A stretch of DNA of 64,000 bases from Spirogloea muscicola (GCA_009602725.1 WELB01000007.1:687697-751696), one strand, 5' to 3'. Positions 1-15,832 are shown, counted from the stretch's first letter. The notes: generated by a model not told the origin, from the sequence alone. A program made the numbers and translations.

Positions 1-2825
1 GGGAGGGGGAGGGGGGGGGAAGGCGTGGGGGGGGGGGGGGGGGGGCTGTACGCATGGGCAGAAAGTAGGCAGCGTGGAGGATCGGGCAGGGCAGACGGGG
101 TGGGGTAGTGGGAAACGTGGCTAGCTTCACCCAATCACCCTCGCCCATCGGAGCGGAGAATCGCAGTAAAGATTGCGAGCCCGTGCAAGGAGCAGGCAAC
201 TGCCGCCATCAATGGAGAGCGTTTGCTCGTGGGCTTGCATCCCAGCCGTGGGCCCTACCTGCCCACCATCTCTGGCACAAGGAAGTGAGAGCACATTGCT
301 ACCAAAAATAATAACAGCCAGAGGCTGCAGCCATGCGCTCGTTCTCAAGCACGCGAGGCTGCAAGACAGAATTCGACCATGAGGGAGCATGCCGACCTCG
401 GCAGAGGGTGACGATGCTGCAGCAGCAGTAGCTATAGCTGCCAAACTGAGGCAGACCCAGTCAGCCGCAGGCCAGGAAGACTCTGGTTTGCAACTGCGAG
501 AGGCAGAAGGTAGTGGCTTTCAAATAGACGACGGAGGGAGGGATGCTGCACTCGCCGCCCATACTTAGCGGCCAACTGTGGGCATTCAGAGGTGCTGGCA
601 GCCTCTGAGCGGCGCCGTGCACGCCAAATCAGAATAACAGATTTTACCTATGCAGTGCATCCTGAGATACCTATTTTGGGTGGACCTTGTACCTATTTTC
701 AATTTCCCATGTGGGCTAGTGCCTGCTCGCATGCAATTGCAGTATGTCATTACCAGCGATAACACAGCAAATGTATGTTAATGCTACGAAGCTAGTCCAA
801 TGAAAGATGGCATGCAGTGCACATGACATGACTTTGAACTGAGGCCAATTTGAGCTACTCAATAGTCCATGCAAAGGGCAAAGGGAGTGCAAACAATGGG
901 ACTACACAAAGCGACAATCTACTTTAGGACGGGCTAAGGGAAGCATGGCGAAAGAATGGCTGGAGGTGACTTTGTATACGCGAGTAGCACATCAGCTCCG
1001 GCCATGGTTGCCACATATTGACCTCACGAGGCGGCAATCTTCACGAGGACACTGAATGCTTACACCGTGACGACTAAGCCTCACGGCTGTAGGTCACCCC
1101 AGCCTCAAAATCGGCTGTATGACATGCCTGTGGCAAGCCCTGCTTGCCAAGCTGTTTCCGTCAGTGCTTCCACTGCTTCCTCTCGTTCATGCGTCACACA
1201 GTCCTGCTCCGAGACTGAACCATCTATACGGCTACCTTGGCTTCAATCATGGAGTTGAGGATCCATTACCAGGAACCTGCTTCGATCACCCTAATTTTGT
1301 CCAACCAATGTATCCTTCACGTTACGTAGTCTGAAGGCAAAAATACTTAGGTGTAAAACATTCAGGCAACAAAACAAAGACAGAGGCTTTCAACAGCCAA
1401 AGGTCTTACATTTTTGGAGCCCTGTTGGAGCCAACTGAGCACATGATCTTGCCGTTCTTAGTTGCGGAACTGTGTTGCGACTCACCTCGGACCCACGCTG
1501 CGGCCCTTTACACGCTGCGGCCATGCTGCGGCCCTTCCGGTTCCTGTTTCAGTGCGTCCTCACAGCGAATTATTCCCATCGTGTGGGGTATTTGGTGCCA
1601 AGCACTGCCTGGCCCTGACAGCTGCTGGCAAGCCACTCGTTAGTAGCTTAACAGCACCCTCACTGCCGTGCAGGGCCTCTGCCTCGTCAAGACAGCTAGA
1701 TTGCCAGCATTGTCTTGCTGTTAAAATTGAGAAGTTTGATGCCATCAGTAAGCATGCTGCATCAGCATTCCCTGGGATCAGAGAGTGAAGAAGTAAAGCA
1801 TTTGCTACAGAGACGTGCATTGCAGCTATCTACATGTCACGTGCTCTGCACAGTAGTCCAGGCACAAGCTCTTTCCCAATGAGACCGGTCTTGCAATAAG
1901 AAGGGAGAAGGCACCTCTCGTGCACCCTTCTCCCTTCCTTCGAAGCACCAAGTATACCTTTGGTACTCGCACTCTCTCTGCTGACACATCATTTCTTCTT
2001 GTTATTCTCTTGTCATTCAAAAAAGGAACGCGTATGCGCAAAGCACCGCCATAATGCTCTTGCTAGTCTTCAAATGAAGACTAGCAAGGTCCAGGCCACC
2101 CTGCGGCTGCCTCCTACTGCAGTGTAAGGTGTTATAATGGGGTGTCCCCTACCGCACTGTGCCGCTGCTTGCATATACTGGCGCACACGACTGCTCATCA
2201 ATGATATGAAATCGCCTACTACTTTCGACATCGCTCGACAGCTCGGCATCGCTCAACGACACAGAGGTACGTGAAGAGGTATGCAGAGACCTGAGGGGAT
2301 TATTGCCATGATAATTCAACAAATGCCGGACCACATTTAGCGTGTCTTGAGAATGAAAAGTTGCATGCTGTGAAGGCATGGTTCGCGAAACCACGGATCA
2401 CGGGCATCATGAGCCACAGCTGCCATAGCCAACAAGGACCTATTGCATAGTCCTTCCCGGACCAAGTGTCTGCAGTCAGCTGCATGGCGGTCAATTTCAC
2501 TGAACCAAACCAAAGCAGCAAAGGAAGTGTCCATGCAACATGAGAATTCCATCGTAGGCGCTCTCACAGCTGCCCCCAATGCTCAGGTAGTTTACAAGCA
2601 CAAGAGCTGCCTCAGTGCCACCACGTCAATTGACGTGGTCACAGCAGCATCTTGCCTCGAATGTCAGCAGTAGCTGGGGGACAAATTGCCCAAGACTACA
2701 TGCAACCTCTGGCGTACACGCCATGATCAGCTGCTAATATTACAAGACGACGTGCAAAGATGTGGATGGGGACGCAATCTCACAGCAAGTAAGGTGCTCC
2801 AATTCAGCAGAGGCGAGGTGGGACG

Positions 2826-4106
2826 TCACTCTACGGGGAGCATCACCTCGTTGGTTTTGAGAAACCACGGCGTGAATGGCGGATTGTAACGCGCCAAAAG
2901 CGACTTGCCAGCCACCTTGTGCCCCGCACGCGTTACCAGCTCTGCAAGCTGGGCCTCTTTCTCGGCAACCACCGCGTCGGTAGCATTCCCGGAGAACTTG
3001 ATGACGGCCAGCTTACGAGATGGCACCTTTCGCAAAGTAACGCGTGGGTCAGTTGGCTTTGGGATTGTGTCCATGGTGTACTTGACAGGCAGCAGGAATG
3101 TCATCGTGGTCCTCTGGTGGCCAGCTGTTGCTGAGCTGCCGCTGTCGCTTCTGTCCTCTGCTCAAACATCACAAGCAGGACACATGCTCGACTCAGCTCT
3201 GTCAACTGCAGCTGGCCAGGCCAGGCACCGCTGAGCTTCGGCATCTCATTCTTGTCAGCTTATCAAACCACATGCTGCTCTGCCCTCCACAGGCAGTGCG
3301 ACAAGGGCCGTTGTGTTGTCACACCCAAGAGCTGTCAGACGTCTGACAGCTACACCGTACCTGTGATGACTGGGGCTGTCATCGCAATTTTCTCGCCCTT
3401 GTCGGTGTCCTCAGTGATGACTGGGGCGGTCATCGCAATCTTCTCACCTGGCCCAGCCGTGTACGCACCACTCAGCCGAGCCATGCGTCACAGAAGGCAG
3501 AGCTTGGACTGCACGGCTGCCGACAGGCGGCAGAAGCCCGTGGAGGAGCTGCCTTGCGCGCTCACCCTTGTCACCGCCGGGCGAACGGTTGTGGGGCCTG
3601 CCCAGCGCGCCGATGTACTGCGCCAGCGGCGAGAAGCCGGCGTCCGCGCCGCCCTTGAAGTGCCCGCCGTCGTACGTGACGTCCGCCGCGAGCTGCGGCG
3701 CGTACTGCCGCACCTCGAACCCCTCGCCCTGCGCCACGACGTCGTACTTGGGCGTCTCCACCTGCTCCGCGAGATCCCTCATAATAATTCTCTCATAATC
3801 TCTCATTAAAAAAAGCGCTTCTGGTGCAACGAATTGCAAACTATGTTACACATCGTCTTCCAGCCTTGATGTTTGCATTGGAAATCACGTTGATTTACGG
3901 CCACCAGCAGGTGCCACGCCCAGCAGCTCGCGTTGCCGCTATGAGGGAGAGTCGTGCCTAAACCCTTTAACCACAAATCATAACCCATACCGGCGCGGCG
4001 CCCCGGCCGGCGGGGGCCTCGCGACGGGGCCCGCGCGGGGCTGCCGCAGGAGGGAGTCGCGCGGCGGCGGGCGACGCACCGTGATGCGGCCGAGCACGAT
4101 GCCCAT
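2826..4106 (-). CDS. SOUL heme-binding family protein, 4 exons (4106-4080, 3761-3566, 3447-3361, 3157-2826)
   Basis: Spliced product MGIVLGRIT|VETPKY...F..LAQYIG...EKIAMTAPV (twice)...MTFLLP...FSG...ARYNPPFTPWFLKTNEVMLPVE*. GT-AG junctions keep the frame, and Gly2 is a possible N-myristoylation site. Confidence 0.92.
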
Positions 4107-4700
4107 GGCCGCCGGCTCTGCAGGCCACGCCGCGTGTGGAGGGCCGCAGCTCCGACGGCGACGGCGACGGCAGCGGGCGGCGGCGGCGGCGGCAACGACG
4201 GCGGCGAAGGCGGCGGCGGCGGCGGTGGCGGCGGCGGTGGCGGCGGCGGGCGTGCGGCGCGGCATGCGGACCTGTGGAGGTCGTGGTCCTCCAGGGCCGC
4301 CTCGAAGCTATCCCACCGCTCCTCAATCTCCCGCTTGACATGGCTCGGTTTGGGGTCCGCCAGCACTGCGGCAGGGAGAACAGCGCACGCCTCGGCAACG
4401 CTGATGCCGCCGCTGCTGGGCAGAGGGTTCGGGCTTGGGGTTCAGGGGGTGCCGTCGAGGCGCTCACCTGGCGGCGCCTGCAGGGCCAGCGCGAGCACCC
4501 AAGGCCAGCGCCGCGGCGGCGGCCATGGCGGCAGCTGAAGCTCCGGGGGAGGGGCCGGTTTCGACCAATGACAACGGCTCGCTTCTCGAAGCTGGACGCA
4601 TCATTCTTTCTTCCTGAGCTGGCCAATGACAGCGGAACAGCGCTTCCAGATTGACTGGTGGCTGTGAGGGGCCAGCCCAAAGAATGTACAAGGTCGGGAN

Positions 4701-4970
4701 GAGGCCGGCGAGAAGGCGGCGGCTGCGGCGGGCGAGGGCGAGGCCGACGCCGGGCCCGGGTACGACACAGGCACGGGGCACGCGCCGGCGGGCACGGTGC
4801 GCAGCAAAAACTACGAGGAGCTCTTCCCCGTTGAGACGGCGCGCTTCGGGTACGAGGCCCCGCCGCCGCCGCCCAAGGCTGCCGGCAAGCGCCTCCGCAC
4901 GGCGCCGCCGTCGCGCGAGGCCGCGCTGGACGAGCGCATCCGCAAGAAGGCCGACCGCTACTGCAAGTGA
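4701..4970 (+). CDS. 3' end of an uncharacterised protein ending ...REAALDERIRKKADRYCK*; 5' part missing at the single-N join at 4700
   Basis: Open frame from 4701 to TGA 4968-4970 with strong GC3 bias. There is no start codon after the N, and upstream of the N lies a repeat-family copy. Confidence 0.7.
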   Translation, partial: EAGEKAAAAAGEGEADAGPGYDTGTGHAPAGTVRSKNYEELFPVETARFGYEAPPPPPKAAGKRLRTAPPSREAALDERIRKKADRYCK

Positions 4971-5036
4971 AGCGATGCGAAGCGAAGCGAAGCGAAGCTA
5001 AGCGAAGCTAAGCCAAAGCGAAGCGAAGCAAAGCGA
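4971..5036 (+). repeat. Degenerate (AGCGA)n pentanucleotide microsatellite
   Basis: agcgatgcgaagcgaagcgaagcgaagctaagcgaagctaag... starts directly after the stop codon. Confidence 0.85.
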
Positions 5037-6263
5037 GGTGTAATTGACTGGCAGCTGCCGCCGCCGCTGCCGCTCCGAGTTGAGGTCTGAGCCCGCGATG
5101 CTGGGCCGCTTTGCTGCAACCGCCGCCGCGCCTGGCAGCCGCGCCGTGTGCAAACCTGGGCCGCTGCGGTCGTCAGTGCCACGCAAGGCCGAGCTGCGGA
5201 CTCACCGTCCTCTGTGGCGACGTTCTGCAACTTGCTGCCGCCGGTCTGCCCTTCCACTAAATCAGTCCATCGCCCGGCTGGAGCTACCAGCCCCTGCCAG
5301 CTACAAGGATTGCGCTCGCTCAGGATCACCCAACGTGGACGGCAGCCCTGCCCAAATGCCACCCGCTGCTGATAACCCCAGCCACAGATTGTTCCCACTC
5401 TCAGAAGCAGATGGCAGTACCAGGGGCTCTGCTTGAGGCGGCAAGAGTTTGCCGTAGGTCCCTGTTAGCCGCACTTGCTGGGACTTCCCATGTCGGCAGG
5501 GCGTCCCCGGTTTGCAAGGCATCTCCCCTGCTTCATTATGAAGCTGGCAGCAGTAACGAGCACAGCAGCACGGCCTGCCGAGTGAGTCTTTTCTTCAGCA
5601 TACTGCCTTTGACAGGCCAGCTTTCAGGAAGCATTGACCAAGGAGAGGTCTGCAAAGCAGTTACAGGGTGAAGCGGCGTGACAATCTGCCCTGATGACTA
5701 CTTCCTGAGCGACGTGCTGAGTTGGGCCCATGCGGCCAGACTCTGAGACCTTCCCTACGCCCAAGTAGTCACAGAAATTTATCCCGCTAGCGCTTGGTAT
5801 CCCAGTAGTCTCAAGACTCACTTGGACTTCTTGGATACTTGCTGCTAGTTTTGTGCAGGCTATCTGGGGACAACGAATGCCATAGATGTATCAAGAGCCT
5901 TGTTCCACAGCAAACGTTTTTTATACCACCAAGAATGAGCAGATCGCCAGGAGGCCTCTGACTGTCTGCAGGGCATTCCATTATGATCATTGTGCTCTGT
6001 ATAACCTGCTGACATGACTTCTAGTGCCAAACGCATTGAGGGCTAAAATTGTATACTTCTTTCTATATTCTTCTTTCTAAATCTTCCTCTAAGGAAATTC
6101 TCAGTAGAGGCTGGCAAAGGGCAGCTAGGGCTTCCTCGCAAAGGAAGTCTGTCAATAGCTGACAGAGATGGGATGACAGAGCGCCTGCCACCTATGATAG
6201 CACGCAACCTTTCAAAAATCCTGTGTGCATGGAATGTCATGCCTCCAAAACAAGCCTCCGGTG

Positions 6264-8679
<2,416 letters not shown>

Positions 8680-9141
8680 CTACGGCAGCTCCAGGCGGTC
8701 GTGCCGCTCGGCCGGCGGCTCCGCCAGACGCCGCGGCGCCTGGCCGCTAGTCACCATGGCCGCCAGGGCTTCTCTCCGGCGCTTCCTGCTGCTCGGGACT
8801 CACGCCGACGCCGCCGCCGCCGCCGCCGCCGGTAGCTCGCGGCGGAGGGGAGGTCGGGCGCGGGGTTTTGGGTGTAAGGGGCTGGCTGCTTTGGACCTTA
8901 ACTTGCCCGATAACAGTCAATTTGGGCATGAGTTATCTACTCGGTCATCTTCTGCTCGCGCGGCCCAATATGCTATATTAAAATGGGAAGCTAAGCACCC
9001 CGCTCGTGGCAGCTGGTAATCCGATCACGCCCTCAAGTGGGGTGGTTATTTATGTCGCACAGCAATTTGTCACTAATTGAAACAGGGAAGGGCCTGGCAA
9101 CAGGTTTTAGAAAATTGCCATTTCCGCTCAAAGCGACCAGC

Positions 9142-9173
<32 letters not shown>

Positions 9174-9201
9174 TNTGGAGCCGCCGCGGGGCCGCCGCGG
9201 C

Positions 9202-10569
9202 ATGGAGGCCGGGCGGCGGAAGCGGGGCGAGGGCCAGCGCGTGAGCGAGGGCCAGGTCCGCAAGGCCGTGGCGGCGCTCCGCACCTGGCTGGACGCCCGG
9301 CGCGCCGCCCGCAAGGCGCAGCTGCTGGACGACGACGACATGTTCTACCTCGTCGTCTCGCTCGGTCGCATCCCCACCGCCGCGCGCACCAACCCCCTCC
9401 GCATCCCGCTGCCGCACTCCCTCTTCCCGGCCGACGGCGCGGAGCCCCGCGAGGTCTGCCTCCTCGTCAAGGACTCCAAGGGCGCTGCCCCCGGGGACGC
9501 CAAGGACAAGGTGCGCAAGGACGCCATCGCGGGCGTGACCAAGGTGATCGGCGTGCAGAAGCTGCGCACCAAGTACAAGCCGCACGAGGCCAAGCGGCAA
9601 CTCTGCGGCTCCTACGACCTCTTTGTCGCCGACGACCGGATACTGCCCCTGCTCCCCAAGCTGCTCGGCAAGACTTTCTTCAAGAAGAAGAAGCACCCCA
9701 TTCCCGTCAGCCTCAAGGTCCGATCCTGGCGCATCTTTCATGAGCACTGATTCCTGCTGCCTCCAACTCAAAGCCAATTTCGGTCGACCTTGCTATGACT
9801 CCATTCCAAGACTTGTTGCATGCCAGTAAGTGGCCATCTCGTATCATGTGCTGCTACTGCCATTTGTTAGTAGTCAAGCACGTCTTCCTCCACAGAAAGC
9901 TCTGTTGAAGGGCTCTGCATGCCAAAGAAGGATCGTCGGGCTGCTTGCAGGGTTCAAATTGGGCTGAGCAAATACGTAGAGCCTGTGACTCAACGTACCT
10001 CTACCTTGGCAGTGGTGCTTGCTGGTGAGCTCATGCTGTTAGTGTATCAGCTCGCTCATGCAGTTTGCATGAGCGAGCTGTCAGACTTACTAATAGTAGG
10101 AGGATTGTACGGCATAGCACTTTGATGGCCTTTGGAGCTGATGAGGAGGAGCTCTAGCAGGATGTGCTGGATCACACTTAACACTATTTGATTTCCTTGT
10201 AACACAGCGTTTTGAGAACAGCAAGGACGAGTCATTCTGAGCAGGAGGTTGTGGACAACGTGATGGCTGTCATTGAGGAGGCGGCCAAGCTCATACCTAG
10301 GAAATGGAGTAATATCAAGGTATGTGGAGTCTGAAAGCAGCTGTGCAGTCCTTCATGGGCCTTCAATGATCAGGGGGTCATGGTGACAATCTAACTACTG
10401 TGGCGCGGCTGCCTTTGATAGCAGGTATTAAGATTAGGGCCTGTCATGACCCTTGCATTTGTCTTGCTTACTGCAGTCTATATACATGAAGACTCAGGAC
10501 TCGGCAGCGCTGCCTATATATGCGGCCATCCCAGACATGCCCGTTAAGATAGCGCCCATTGAGAGGTGA
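9202..10569 (+). CDS. RSL1D1: Ribosomal L1 domain-containing protein (RSL1D1/Utp30-like), 4 exons
   Basis: IPLPHSL, VCLLVKD, KLRTKYKPHEAKRQLCGSYDLFVADDRILPLLPKLLGKTFFKKKKHPIPV; later exons YLYLGSGAC, KWSNIK|SIYMKTQDSAALPIY. A single N at 9175 makes the start slightly uncertain. Confidence 0.88.
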
Positions 10570-12328
10570 CTGTGAATGTTCTGTGAGTTGTATTTGGGTT
10601 CTGGCCAGAACCAGAGGTATAGTTTCATTGTCTCCCTGCGAAAACCCGCATCTCTTACTTGGCATGCTGTGAAGGATTCAATGGAAGCGTGACTAGTTTC
10701 AGGCCTGCAGTGTTCAAGCAGCAGAGGCAAGGAATGAGCATTTGCGGCGACCAAAGCTTAGTTCACTGGTGGGTCAGACACCCTTCTACTGGCCTGCTGT
10801 TGTGGAGTGAATAGATGATCATGCATTGGCGGGGCTGGGGGCTGCCTGGAAGCACACCATGCGGAGGGCTTAATCCTGGAAAGCGTGCATTGATTGACAG
10901 AGGGCCAGAGCAGGACAAAAGCACAGCTGCAGATGTATGCCGCCTGCACTGACGCGCTTTTAAGAGGGTCCGCACGTAGAATTTGCCAGCCGACACCTGG
11001 ATACTGGACGGCAGGTTCCAAGTCCTCCTGCCACAAAGTAGAGCTTGACAGCTTTCTGGTGCAGAGCATGGGCCTGAGCACGGTGCAGGCATACACCCTA
11101 CTGTGCAAGAATGGGAGAGGTGCTGCTGCCAAGTCCATCTTGGCCCTGAGGCAGATCCTCACAGCGTACGTACCTAAGGCAACCCTCTTCACCCTCAAGC
11201 AAGACGAGAAAGCAAGTATATACGCAATCATTTCACTTGTGGGCCGTAGGAATTAAACGTGGTGGGGTAAGCAGTGCAGCAATCTTCAATTGCCCTGAAC
11301 TTCCCACTATATGGCCAATGATAGAGGTTGTACCTGGATGTGGTACGCCTCTGTGAATACCATGTTAGTCAAAGGCACGTAGTCAGCTGCCAGGCTGACC
11401 CATATCCTCATGGAGTCAAGGTGTGGTGAAGATGACGCCCCTATGCAGCCTTCATGCTGGTCAGGAATTGCTCACTCCTGACTACTCGGTAGCAGGCGTC
11501 TCTGCACCAAGTCTGCCAGAGCATTGGGAGGATGTTTGGTGGTGATGTTGTTGCCCACCACGTCAGCTCTGCAGGTTATTGCAGCATGTGCGTGGCAGAA
11601 TTGCATCAGCCCCGTGCGGAAGTTGCACTTGCAGTAACTGGCCCCAGTCGATCCAGGTGGGGAGAGGCCAAGAAGAGATGCATGGCCGTCCTCGGGCTGA
11701 TTCTGAGTTGGACATGGCATGCATTGGCGCCCAGTCAGTAGCTCCAAGAGAGGCCAAAGGAGTGGGTCGTGCCAATGTCCTGGCGCTCACTCTCCACTTC
11801 TGGCAGCTTCCTCAGCATCCTTCTTCAGTCCATCGTTCCAGGCAGTTGCAGTCCACTTGTAAGGAGGCTGCGGCCAGGCTGCTGCTTCTGGGTTTTGCCA
11901 TTTTGACACTGTTCTGGCTGCAAGCTACTTCGTGACTTGCAGCTGCCGAGTAGGGACTCTTGAGCATGCGTAGCTTTGTGAGTTAGCGCTCTCTGGCACC
12001 TCAAGACCTTCTCCACACCTTATTAGCTGGCCATTCGCAGCCATCGTCCCCATTTGGAAAGAACTATTCCCATCCCCGCTGCTGGTTTACTACTGCCGCT
12101 AACAAGCCCGGCGCCTGGGGCCCTGTGTCTGCAGCTTGAGCAGGAGTCATGAATCTGGGATGTAGCTTTAGAGCTGTGACAACTGAGCAAGCTTGGAGGA
12201 AGGGGGAAGGCTTTCGGGAAACGGTGGAAAAGAGCGTGGGTCGTCGAACATGTGTTTTGCAGGCCATGACCTGACACAGCCAATCTTATCGTACGTCTTT
12301 CCGCCTGCTAGCTATTCAGACTTGCAGC

Positions 12329-12448
12329 TACTGACTAGAGAGGTTACTGAAAGTCCGCTTGCTGCTGTCTCAGTCCTTAGCACTCCGGCTCCTTCAGACC
12401 TTGTCTATTCCTTCGGGCTGGCCACCAGTTGATCTGGCCGCGCTTGCT
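12329..12448 (-). repeat. Dispersed copy of the dyad repeat family (family A); dyad spacer deleted
   Basis: Near-identical to 15833-15944 (cgcttgctgctgtctcagtccttagcactccggctccttcagaccttgtc). It starts with tactgactagagaggttactga. Confidence 0.85.
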
Positions 12449-13050
12449 TCATCGAGAAGTTAACTAGGAGCAATTGGCGGTTAGCCGTGGGGCTGCCGCT
12501 AACGAGGCCTTGGCCCGCAGCCCCCCGGGGAGGCGGTCCAAGCACGTGTCCAAACTGCCCATCGACAAGATGCCACGTGGTGCACATGCAAGACTCCACG
12601 TGGAACAGAATCTCCACGTGGTCAATATGAGCGTCCCGTGGAAGCACGGGGAGATTCTGCTGGTTCCCCGTCCCGGGGGCCGGGCAGCGAAACCATCTGT
12701 CCCGGGCAGCGCGGGAAACCGCCGGTGCGCGCCATTGAGCGGCCCGTCCGGGCCTGCCCGTCATCTCCGGGCAGGCCGACAATCGCGTCGTTGCCTCGTA
12801 GCCGCAATACGCGCCGCAGGCCCCGCCGCGATCGCCGCCGCGATGCCCGCCGTAGGGCCTGTGGCCAGCCGCCCACGGGCCTGACCGCCGCGGCCGCCGC
12901 CGCAGCACCCGCGGCCGAGAGNNNNNNNNNNNNNNNNNNNNNNNNNNNNNNNNNNNNNNNNNNNNNNNNNNNNNNNNNNNNNNNNNNNNNNNNNNNNNNN
13001 NNNNNNNNNNNNNNNNNNNNNNNNNNNNNNNNNNNNNNNNNNNNNNNNNN

Positions 13051-13170
<120 letters not shown>

Positions 13171-14854
13171 CGCCGCCGGCGGTGCGGCTGCTGCGGCGGC
13201 TGCGGGGCAGGGAGGCGAGCTACCAGGCGCACCAGGCGGCGGTGCTGGCGCTCACCTTCGTGGCGTACGCGTCGTACCACGCGTCCCGCAAGCCGCCCAG
13301 CATCGTCAAGAGCGTGCTGGACCCCGACGACAACGGCGGCGCCGCCGCCGCCGCCGCCGCCGGGCTCGGCGGCGGCGGCTGGGCGCCGTTCAACGGGCGG
13401 TTGGGCAAGGGCCTGCTGGGCGAGATGGACGTGGCGTTCCTGGCGTCGTACGCGGCGGGCATGTACGCCGCGGGCGCCGTGGGCGACCGCATCGACCTGC
13501 GCCTCTTCCTGGCCGCCGGCATGGCCGCCTCCGGCGCCGCCGTCTGCGCCTTCGGCGCCGCCCAGTTCCTCGGCATCCACTCGCTGGCCTACTTCATCGC
13601 CGTCCAGGTCGTCGGCGGCCTGCTGCAGGCCACCGGCTGGCCCTGCGTGGTGTCGGTCATGGCCAACTGGCATGGCAAGGGCAAGCGCGGCCTCGTCTTC
13701 GGCGTCTGGAACTCCCACACCTCCGTCGGGAACATCGTTGGCTCCCTCGTCGCCGCGCGCGCGCTCTCCTGGGGCTGGGGCTGGTCCTTCGTCCTCCCCG
13801 GCGCCGCCCACATCGCCTGCGGCGCCGTCGTCTACCTCTGCCTCGTCGCGCACCCTGCGGACGTGGGCCTTGTGCCGGCCGCGGAGCCCGCCGCGGGGAC
13901 GGCGGCCCCGGATGAGGAGGCGCAGCTCCTCACCGCACCGGGCGCTTCGGCGCCGGCTTCGGCCCCCGACCTCCCCAAGCTGGTAGCTGCAAAGCCCGGC
14001 ACCCCGATCTCGTTTGCCGACGCTTGGCTCATCCCCGGCGTCGCGCCATTCGCCTTCTGCCTCTTCTTCGCCAAGCTTGTGGCGTACACGTTCCTTTATT
14101 GGCTGCCCTACTACATCCGGCACACCAGTGAGGACCGAAGCTGCCTGCCACGCCACAAGACTACCATGAACTTTTCTGTGTCCATGCAGATGCATCGTGT
14201 TTGCAGCGCCCACTGATACGCAAGCTGCACTGGCATCGGGCAAAAGCACGGTGCTGAGCTTTGAGCTTGACACATCCGGTCGCACTTGCGCAGAAATTGC
14301 AGGCAGATCTCTGAGTGATGCTCAGGCTGGCAACCTCTCCACGCTGTTCGATGTCGGCGGTGTGGTGGGTGGCATAGTCGCCGGCCAGCTGTCAGATCGC
14401 TTCCAGGCGCGGGCCTGCACGGCAGCGGCATTCACGTATCTCGCCATCCCCGCACTGTGGGCGTACTCCGCCTTCGGCCACGTGTCGATGCCCCTCAACG
14501 TCGGCCTCATGATGCTGGCCGGGGTGCTCGTCAACGGCCCGTACGCGCTCATCACCACCGCGGTTTCCGCAGACCTCGGCACGCACCCCTCGATCAAGTC
14601 TAGTTCCCGGGCGCTGGCCACTGTGACGGCCATCATCGACGGTACCGGCTCGATTGGGGCCGCGCTCGGCCCGCTCCTGACCGGCTTTCTGTCGGAACTC
14701 GGTGGCGATGATGCGTGGAAGAATGTCTTCTACATGCTCATGCTCGCGGCACTGGCGGCCGCGCTCTTCCTGACCAAGCTTGTTGTGGTGGAGGTGCGGG
14801 AGGCGCTCAGCCGCCAGCAGCCAACTTCGCACTCGGTCATTGATGACCCCCGAG
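13171..14854 (+). CDS. MFS glycerol-3-phosphate/OPA family transporter (SLC37-like); exons <13171-14127 and 14294-14854; start lies in the gap and the last exon is not resolved
   Basis: YASYHASRKPPSIVKS, GLLQATGWPCVVSVMANW, GVWNSHTSVGNI, FFAKLVAYTFLYWLP, NGPYALITTAVSADLG, TAIIDGTGSIGAALGP. Confidence 0.93.
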
Positions 14855-15832
14855 GTGAGTTCGCAGTCAATGCTCGATCTTGCCAGTCAGAGGAAATCGT
14901 TCCTGCCCCCCAGCCATCCAAGGCCTCCGCCAAGCAGGCCCCAAATCAAAATGAAGTGTCCTGCAGCAGCTGCATGATCGGCTCAAGCACTTCCAGGAGC
15001 AACGCCAAGTCCCTCCTCTCTCACTCCACGTGCTCCGTTTCTTGGCTTTTCTGTGTCATAGAGAGTCTATGAGACAACACCACCTGCATGCTTGCACCAT
15101 CTCCACTGCGGTCACCCATCAGCAGCGGGTGGGCAGTCCAGTCTCAGAGGCTCCCAAATACAAGCAGCGCTCGAAACTCCTATGCAATGGTCTGACTGCG
15201 TGGTCTCCCAACTCGCTTCGAGCATCCTCAATGCTGTCTGAGCAGGGTCTGAGCATACTGGTTCAAGCAGTGAGCAGCAACTGGCAGGGGTGTAGAGCTC
15301 TGCAGTAATAGATTGGTGGAGTGTCAAATACGACAACACTTCCTGGGTGGTCACTCTTAGCATTTGCGGTTGGCTGGTGGCCACAGCTGCTCCTAAAGAA
15401 TCGCGGCCTATTGGGCCCACACTTGACAGCCTGCCAGCTAGTAGTCCTTGACCTTGTAGACACACTTCAGGTAACAGGGATTGCATGAGCTTGTTAAAAG
15501 TGCTGGACTGGGACATTGAAAGCCACTGTTTAATCTTCTTTGCAGAGGGCGTGAAGGAAGCACTGATTGTGGGCCGGAGAGGTCAAGGGGTCCAGTGAGC
15601 CACATTCCGGATACAGCAAACAGAGCGCCACTTCTTGGCTCGAGTGATCCACGATGCATTTCACACAGGAATGTTCACAGTAGATATGAAGCCGGATGGA
15701 GCTTATTGAGAATCAACAGCTCTACGTACTTAAGTATGTATGATGCACCTGTCATCTTTGCTACAGGAGTAGCAGTCTTTGGACCTGGTGGTTTAACCAC
15801 TTGTGGTCTGAGAGAGGCGGCTCTCAATTATA

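Noticed and set aside
1..110. G-run tract with G-quadruplex potential
   Set aside because: It sits at the window edge in low-complexity sequence typical of this assembly, with no context supporting a function.
108..2700. Many short ORFs on both strands
   Set aside because: No recognisable domain or consistent exon chain. A poorly conserved gene cannot be excluded.
5044..5436. 130-aa plus-strand ORF with an Ala/Arg-rich start
   Set aside because: No motif or splice support, and such ORFs are expected by chance in GC-rich DNA.
10700..12300. Short ORFs, including an MGIVLS start resembling the SOUL N-terminus
   Set aside because: The similarity ends after five residues and the frame stops. 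No coherent gene model.
12338..12462. Apparent 9-bp TSD (gagaggtta/gagaagtta) around the 12.4-kb repeat copy
   Set aside because: The left 9-mer is part of the family end motif also seen at 27652, so it is not target sequence.
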